64,000 bases of DNA from Neoechinorhynchus agilis. Lineage: Eukaryota; Animalia; Acanthocephala. Positions 56,764-64,000 of this stretch are shown here, piece after piece; within the stretch, counting starts at the first letter, position 1, and the number at the start of each line of letters is the position of its first letter. The position numbers were made by a program, and so were the translations under genes. Under the pieces are notes generated by a model, which saw only the letters and a program-made list of their open reading frames with translations, searched no databases and was not told where the DNA came from. The stretch covers positions 8,782,784 through 8,846,783 of the forward strand of contig CM121341.1 in NCBI GenBank assembly GCA_051530055.1. The letters run 5' to 3'.

Positions 56764-57666
56764 AGAGTAAATCTGTGCGTTTCTCGGTTGAGGGACGCCG
56801 AATTGTAGCCGTCTTTTTGATGGAAATTAGGTTATTTGTTTTACAATCCAACCGTATCTCGTAACATAAAAAAACCTAAGCGAATTTCTAAATGAAGTCT
56901 CTTTTGCAAATGATTTTTTCTCTTCAAATCCGTTCATAATTGGTAATGTTGATTCTAACACGCGCCCACACACACACACCAATGGCATAGTTGACAGTAT
57001 GAAAAAAAAGAATCCACGACAAGCAACCAAAAAATTCAATCCCACATCGTGAAAAGATCTACGCAAACGCAACGACGAAAGATCTTGTTTTTTCATAGAA
57101 AAAGTAGTTTTACACGCAGTTGAATGAAAGTTTCACGTTATTTAAAGACCCTGAAGCATTTTTGAAAAAAAAGATCGATAAGTGCTTATACTAAGAAGCA
57201 CGTAACGTCAAAACATTCAGCCTTGTTTATAAGAACAAGTCTGAAAGTCTTGGGGTTTAATTGGGCATTTCTGAACACGTTTTGAATTCGTGATCCTTTC
57301 AATTTTAATTAAAATCCGGTATTTTATATTTAAGAGAAACTCGTGAACGCATGTTTATACTCTGTTCGTTGGATAAAAGTCTTAAACCAGATTTTTTTAG
57401 AGAAAAAGTTTTTCATTGGAAAGCTAGCTAAAATCTCTTTCAAAAAACCATAACAACCTTAATAATTCTACAGAAAAAACGCTTTAAATATTTTCTTTGA
57501 AGTTCTCATTGAACATGACGAATACTAATGATCACGAGTCGAATAGGCGTTTTTGTTACTTTACAAAATCTTCGTTCTATACGTGACTCTCAACTCTAGT
57601 TCGCTTTTTTCGGTTAAGAAGCAAATTCCCTTTATATTTGAAGATTTCTCTGTCCCATAGTTTCAG

Positions 57667-60600
57667 ATGGATATAATACGGCGAACAATGGCGCTTCCAA
57701 ATGACATAGAAGCCAGTTAGTTCTGGTTTTAATAACCTCCTTTTTAAACAAAAAGTTTTAGCGATTACATGCGCAACAAGTCCGTTTCTATTAAAGGCAC
57801 TCGAAGTCATGCAAACGAAGCCTCTTTGGCAATCATATCTTCAGTAAGTCAAACAGACTGTTCATTTGCCTTAAAAAAGATCATTCGTAGTGGTCACATG
57901 ATTTCTGAAGACGATTACAAATTTATTACCGTTTTTGAGTCTTCGAATGAAGAGGAACGAAAAAAACTTCTTGAATCGCCAGAATTTCAACGACAATTTG
58001 CGAAAACATTTCTTGTTCTGATTTCAACAATGAGTAAAGAGCATACTGTCCAGTACGCAATCACTTTGCTCGACAACTCAATGAGGGTTCGTTTTTTTTG
58101 TTTACAAATAAAAATTAAACTAAAATTTAGGAGGATAAGTCAAGAGTAAATCTACTAAGACAGTACACTCACAATAGTAATGAACGGCTTTTGGAATATT
58201 TCTTCAATTTACTAATGAGGCAGGATAGTTTTGTTGTTCATCAGGTTAGCTCTTTTCTATTTTATAGATTGGGACGTTTTCATTCAAAAAATTTCTTGTT
58301 TGTATCTGGCGTAAAAAATTAAAAGGATTTATTGGTTCCAATTGATTTCGGCAAGACACAATCACGTATTCTTTATCAAAGTTGTGCATTTCCTTCAACT
58401 TTAAGTGACTGAAACTACATGTTCATATTATCACTTTTTGAATAAATTCGTTCATAGTTCAAAGAATGTCGATGGTTTATGATTGGAATTTATCTCATAA
58501 ATGTATTTGCCGTCATTATGTAAATTTGAATGCCTAATTAGGAGTCGTTGTTTTTTTGCTTATAGCACAAGTTTACGGGGATCAGAGGTCTTCTATTTTT
58601 GATCGGTAATCCAAAATATGGAACGAATGTTAAACTTAATATTGAAATTTTTTTGGCTCATGAACTTTTATACTTCCAATTAAGATGATCAACGCTCCCT
58701 TTTTGCGCCAAGAACGACGTCGATCTTGGTTCTCCAGTCGCTGCGTAAATTCGATTCCCCAAGTCCTTCAGGAGGGCCAGTGCCGACCCTCCCAAGGTAC
58801 GTTTCCACACCGAAGGGGACTAAATGGTAATTTCTTGTTAGCTCCCTGTATTTCGAGCATTTCGGATCCTTTGCAGCCGTCGCCGCTCCCCCTGGACCTT
58901 TTTTCGAGTGGCTGATGTTGGAGTTTGCCAACGTGTCCACACTCGTTGCATCCCACAACAAACATTTTCCCTCCCGTCAAGGAAATACGGTCACGCCATC
59001 ATCTAATCTACAAAGATTAGTGGGTTCTAGAATGTTTGGGAGGGAAAGCGTTTTTAGAGTCCTACTCAGAATGGCATTGATTTCAGCATGCCTTGGAAAT
59101 CGCTGACGTCTTGCATATGAGACCGTGTCTCCCCGAAGAGTCCACTATAGTGCCGCAGCTGCATCGATGCGGGATGCAAATCGGTAGACCTAATCTCAAG
59201 GATACTGCGATCCTGACGACTGAGTCAGCAAGGTGAAATTGTACGTTGGCGAATCTTGTCCCCGGTTTTGTCGTTACTCATTTATTTGAGAAATATTTCA
59301 CAAGGTTTTCCTTGCCTCTTCAGTCGCTATCCAAAATGAAGATGATAAAAACAGCATGCACAACCGGTCATGTCTGGATGTAGCTCAGAGTACAATCAAA
59401 TTTACCCCGAGGACAATGATCGTTTTATTTTGAAGATATAAACATAATTATTCGTCGTCCTCGTCTCCAATTGTCGCCCGAATGCTTGCAGTGTTGCTTC
59501 TCAACACACCAAGATAATTTTAAACGTTTTAAATGTGTTACGAATTTTAGGAGATTAGTCTTTTACGTTTGAATTAGAAATGATTTCTAAGAGAATTTCT
59601 AGGTATTTCGTTGGGTGCATTAAGATAGATTGAAACATTGTTTAGGCCAGTCGTATAATAGCAAAAGTAGCTTGCTGGTCCAACCAAACCCTTACATCAT
59701 CCGACCTTTCTTATTATTTGTCTTGGTTAAAGAACCAATTAGACAGCAAGGTCAGCGAATTCATTCATCATACAAACTAATCTCTTTTTCTCTTTTTGCT
59801 AAAAACAGTTAAACCCTTACATTCAGACAGCATGCCGGTGCTTGCAGATGATGCTGCGAATAAAAGAATACCAGAAACCGTTTGTTCAATCAGGCGGATT
59901 CTCACAAATGTGTTCCATTATTAATGACGAGTCACTTAGCTTCCAGCTTCAATATCAAATTATCTTCTGTATATGGCTTCTTACATTCACTCCCAAGCTC
60001 GCTGATCTTGTATCAAGGTTTGTACATCTATCGGCAAACTGAAAAAAATCATTGCTTGGACAGTAAATCTTTAATTCCGCGTTTGGTAAGTATTCTTTTT
60101 GCGACGAAAAAAGAAAAAGTTACACGAGTTGTTATCATGCTGTTTCGAGTTAGTGTTTTCGGCGAATATATTTTAAAAAAGTTCACAAAATTCATTCAGA
60201 ATTTACTGGTTAAACCTACGAATGAGACAGCAATCAAAGATAATGGCCGAGCAATGTTGGCTAGTCATTTTCTTAAAAATATTAATATTGTCGAAGAAAG
60301 GGAAATAGACGACGATGATGTAAAGGAAGATATTCAATTTCTAAAGGAAAAATTAGAAATTGGACTAGAGGAAATCACGTAAGTTTTGTTTCTGAATAGT
60401 TTAGTAGCAATTAGCCCAATGAATACTTTCGTAAAACGCTATTTTTCGACGAGGATTTTTTAAAGTTTCTTTTTATCGTAAAAAAATGGCAAAAGTTGAA
60501 TCGAAATACAAAATAATGTGAACTTTCAACAAAAAAAGAAGGATAGCCACTTGTACTAATGGTCATCAAACCCAGTAGATTTGTTGAATTTTTTTGTATG

Positions 60601-61393
60601 ACCATGAAAATAATCAGATTTTTTCTTATAAACAAATAGGTAAACCTGTAATCGTTGATAAACAAATCAACTTTGAGTACTTAATTCGGCTTTTCTCAAA
60701 TAATTTGAATGACATTTAACTAGTACTTAAATTTCTTTAAAGACATTTCAACCAATAAAACAAATCGTGAGAGAGATGAGGCTAAAATATAACGAAGTTT
60801 TTTCCTAAAACTTGGCTAAAAAGCTGAATTCAGGTCATTTGATGAATATTATATCGAACTAAAATCCGGATACCTATCGTGGTCACCCGTTCATCGATCT
60901 GAAAACTTTTGGAAGGACAATGTAGATCGATTCAACGACGAAGGATTTAAAATGTTAAGGTTTTTTGTTCTTCTAAAAATGTGTTATTCATTTTTTACGA
61001 CAAAAAGGATGTTGCTAAGAGTTATTGAGGCCGACAAAGATCCACTGAGCACAAGTGTCGCCATCCACGATATAGGGAACTACGTTCGTTATTACCACAG
61101 AGGTCGGATGTGAGTTTTTGTTATACTGTTCAATCGGTATTGCTCAATTTCTTTACACAAAAAAGGATAATCGATAAATTAGACGGAAAGAAGATGATTA
61201 CGGAAATGTTGCACCACGAAGACCCAGGAGTACGGTACCAAGCTCTTGTTTGTGTTCAAAAACTCATGCTTCATAATTGGTGAATCGTATCACAATGGTT
61301 TTCAAATTTCCTAACGTTTATTTTAGGGATTATCTCGGAATCGGTCCGCCAAATAATGGCGCATTTGCGTCACCTGTAAAATCGGGTCAGTGA
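57667..61393 (+). CDS. ATP6V1H: V-type proton ATPase subunit H, multi-exon
   Basis: [17 protein letters not shown]|[91 protein letters not shown] and [17 protein letters not shown]. The spliced N-terminus differs from the ORF-track frame. Confidence 0.95.
58685..59160 (-). mobile_element. CRE-clade fragment, antisense in the ~1.4-kb ATP6V1H intron
   Basis: [33 protein letters not shown] and [10 protein letters not shown]. It lies between the exon ending ~58223 and the exon starting ~59646. Confidence 0.88.
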
Positions 61394-61819
61394 TTATTAA
61401 ACAAATGAATGATCGCTCTAAATCGTCTTTTTGGTCGAAATGAAGAATATTTGAGCCATCCAGAGGTACCGGGGGAGGAAGAATGTGATTGTTGATTGTT
61501 TACAAGTCTTCAAGTGCGGTAAATGATTATTTCGATTAAAGACGTTCGGTGAACCACGAAAGGAGTTCATCGTCATCAAATTTAGTAATTAATAAACTGA
61601 CTACGAACCCACGGTAAGGTTCGTAAAGAACGTCTTTAATCGAAATAATCACTTACCTCACTTGAAGACTTCTAAACAATAAATCTACTCTTTTTCGTCT
61701 GGTTTTCTAAATTTTGTTCCCTTTCATACATCGGGCAGAGGGAAGGCAAACTATTTCCTAGAATAACAGGAACAACTTAGTTGAGCAAAACGGTTCAAAT
61801 CACACTCTTGATTTTCGAA

Positions 61820-61921
61820 TCTTTTGTAGACTCATAAAATACGGAAGAAAGGAGGGAAATACGTCACATGATGTAAGCACATTTTTCTCCTTTCTTCCGT
61901 ATTTTATGAGTCTACAAAAGA
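61820..61921. repeat. Perfect 35-bp-stem inverted repeat
   Basis: tcttttgtagactcataaaatacggaagaaaggag (61820-61854) is the exact reverse complement of 61887-61921. Confidence 0.92.
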
Positions 61922-62404
61922 ACACATTCTCGTTGTTCTTGCACGGTAGTGCGACTCTTTTTTCTGCTGCTGCTGCTTGGTTCCAATAAGGTTTGTTAGT
62001 TCGTGTGGAGTGTTGGTTCTAATAAAATGAGTGAGTCGTCTAATCTTACTCTCGCTCGCTTCAATGTTCCGATTTTTTTATCGGGTACATTATAAGCGAT
62101 CGCTTTTTGTTAACTTCGTCTTTAATGACGTCAGACTCATATTTTCATCTCTCTTTCAAACTGGTCGCGGTCTATCGATTTTTGAAATTAGCTCTATTTT
62201 CCAAGTCCTTCCATTCTTTTAGAACTCTCCCCCCTTTTTTGTTGCAACAAACGTTTTTTTCTAACTGAAACGAGAATTCAGTCATCAAAATCGATTATAA
62301 TCGAATCATTTGACAGAAAGAACCGTGGTTCTTGCGCTAATGAAGTTTTTTGGAGCTTCGTTTTCTTACTAAAGGACACAATGAGAAGCCCAATGAGATT
62401 TAAA

Positions 62405-64000
62405 AAATCCAATAAAAAATTTATTATTCTTTTTTTTAAAGATTAACGAGCACAGAATTGCAACATGTAACATGAAAAGTTAGTAATTGACTTTAAAAAA
62501 ATTGTTTTTAGTCGTATTTAATTTTTTTAGAACTTTATTGGCTTTATTGGATAAACTTTTAATGAAAATCCCTAGAAAAATCCACCAACAAATTTATTAT
62601 TTTAAAAGATTAACGAGCACAGAATTGCAACAATGTAACATGAAAAGTTAGTAATTGACTTTGAAAAAAATTGTTTTTAGTCGTATTTAATTTTTTTAGA
62701 ACCTTATTGGCTTTATTGGATAAACTTTTAATGAAAATCCCTAGAAAAATCCACCAAAAAATTTATTATTTTAAAAGATTAACGAGCACAGAATTGCAAC
62801 AATGTAACATGAAAAGTTAGTAATTGACTTTAAAAAAAGTTGTTTTTAGTCGTATTTAATTTTTTTAGAACTTTATTGGCTTTATTGGATAAACTTTTAA
62901 GGAAAATCCCTAGAAAAATCCACTCCAAAAAATTTATTATTTTAAAAGATTAACGAGCACAGAATTGCAACAATGTAACATGAAAAGTAAGTAAATGGCT
63001 TAAAAAAAGCTGTTTTTAGTCGTATTTAATTTTTTTAGAACTTTATTTGCTTATTGGATAAACTTTTAAGGAAAATCCCTAGAAAAATCCACCAAAAAAT
63101 TTGTTATTTTAAAAGATTAACGAGCACAGAATTGCAACAATGTAACATGAAAAGTTAGTGATTGACTTTGAAAAATGTTTTAGTCGTATTTAATTTTTTT
63201 AGAACTTTATTCTTTAGGGATAAACTTTTAAGGAAAATCCCTAGAAAAATCCACCAAAAAATTTGTTATTTTAAAAGATTAACGAGCACAGAATTGCAAC
63301 AATGTAACATGAAAAGTTAGTAATTGACTTTAAAAAGAATTGTTTTTAGTCGTATTTAATTTTTTAGAACTTTATTGGCTTTATTGGATAAACTTTTAAG
63401 GAAAATCCCTAGAAAAATCCACCAAAAAATTTGTTATTTTAAAAGATTAACGAGCACAGAATTGCAACAATGTAACATGAAAAGTAAGTAATTGACTTTA
63501 AAAAAAGTTGTTTTTATTCGAATTTAATTTTTTTAGAACTTTATTGTCTTTATTGGATAAACTTTTAAGGAAAATCCCTAGAAAAATCCACTCCAAAAAA
63601 TTTATTATTTTAAAAGATTAACGAGCACAGAATTGCAACAATGTAACATGAAAAGTAAGTAATTGACTTTAAAAAAGCTGTTTTTAGTCGTATTTAATTT
63701 TTTTAGAACTTTATTTGCTTTATTGGGATAAACTTTTAAGGAAAATCCCTAGAAAAATCCACCAAAAAATTTGTTATTTTAAAAGATTAACGAGCACAGA
63801 ATTGCAACAATGTAACATGAAAAGTTAGTGATTGACTTTAAAAAAGCTGTTTTTAGTCGTATTTAATTTTTTTAGAACTTTATTGGCTTTATTGGGATAA
63901 ACTTTTAAGGAAAATCCCTAGAAAAATCCACCAAAAAATTTGTTATTTTAAAAGATTAACGAGCACAGAATTGCAAGAATGTAACATGAAAAGTAAGTAA
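62405..64000. repeat. AT-rich ~168-bp satellite, at least 9.5 monomers, running off the window end
   Basis: gattaacgagcacag occurs at 62441, 62608, 62777, 62948, 63115, 63277, 63445, 63616, 63785 and 63954. Confidence 0.98.

Noticed and set aside
43464-57667. AG acceptor-like sites just upstream of several start codons (TMEM201, ATP6V1H, also PRMT1) as evidence of SL trans-splicing
   Set aside because: AG after T-rich sequence is common at this base composition, 5'-UTR introns explain it equally well, and no SL RNA gene was found.
57769-57845. ORF-track N-terminus [10 protein letters not shown] for V-ATPase H
   Set aside because: It is the wrong frame. The conserved ATS..WQSYL sequence lies in another frame and is joined by a 47-bp intron.

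Overview
AT-rich eukaryotic (probably compact-genome invertebrate) genomic DNA with mostly short GT-AG introns of about 45-60 bp and the standard genetic code. The taxon cannot be determined from this window. Six recognisable or likely host genes plus one orphan are present: an intronless PRMT1-type methyltransferase (-), a large intronless Q/G/P/Y tandem-repeat protein (-, orphan), an axonemal dynein heavy chain of the DNAH2 type (+, about 22 kb), a TMEM201/Ima1-like protein (-), an SLC1 glutamate-transporter homologue with unusual ion-coupling residues (-), a spliced PRXL2/FAM213-like thioredoxin-fold gene that the ORF track shows only in pieces (+), and V-ATPase subunit H (+). Between them are patches of decayed mobile DNA: eight fragments of a CRE-clade non-LTR family (one with a twin-priming-like inversion), two Gypsy pol fragments, RTE-, L2/CR1- and Penelope-like fragments, a tRNA-headed SINE-like repeat, three fold-back elements, a 316-bp tandem-and-dispersed repeat at three loci, a ~500-bp tandem array and a ~168-bp satellite with an apparent 4-mer higher-order structure. 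All family assignments come from motif recognition by eye, with no database search. Exon boundaries and mobile-element limits are approximate. Some features (a 134-nt G run, a G/T-rich patch, one splice acceptor) may be assembly errors.
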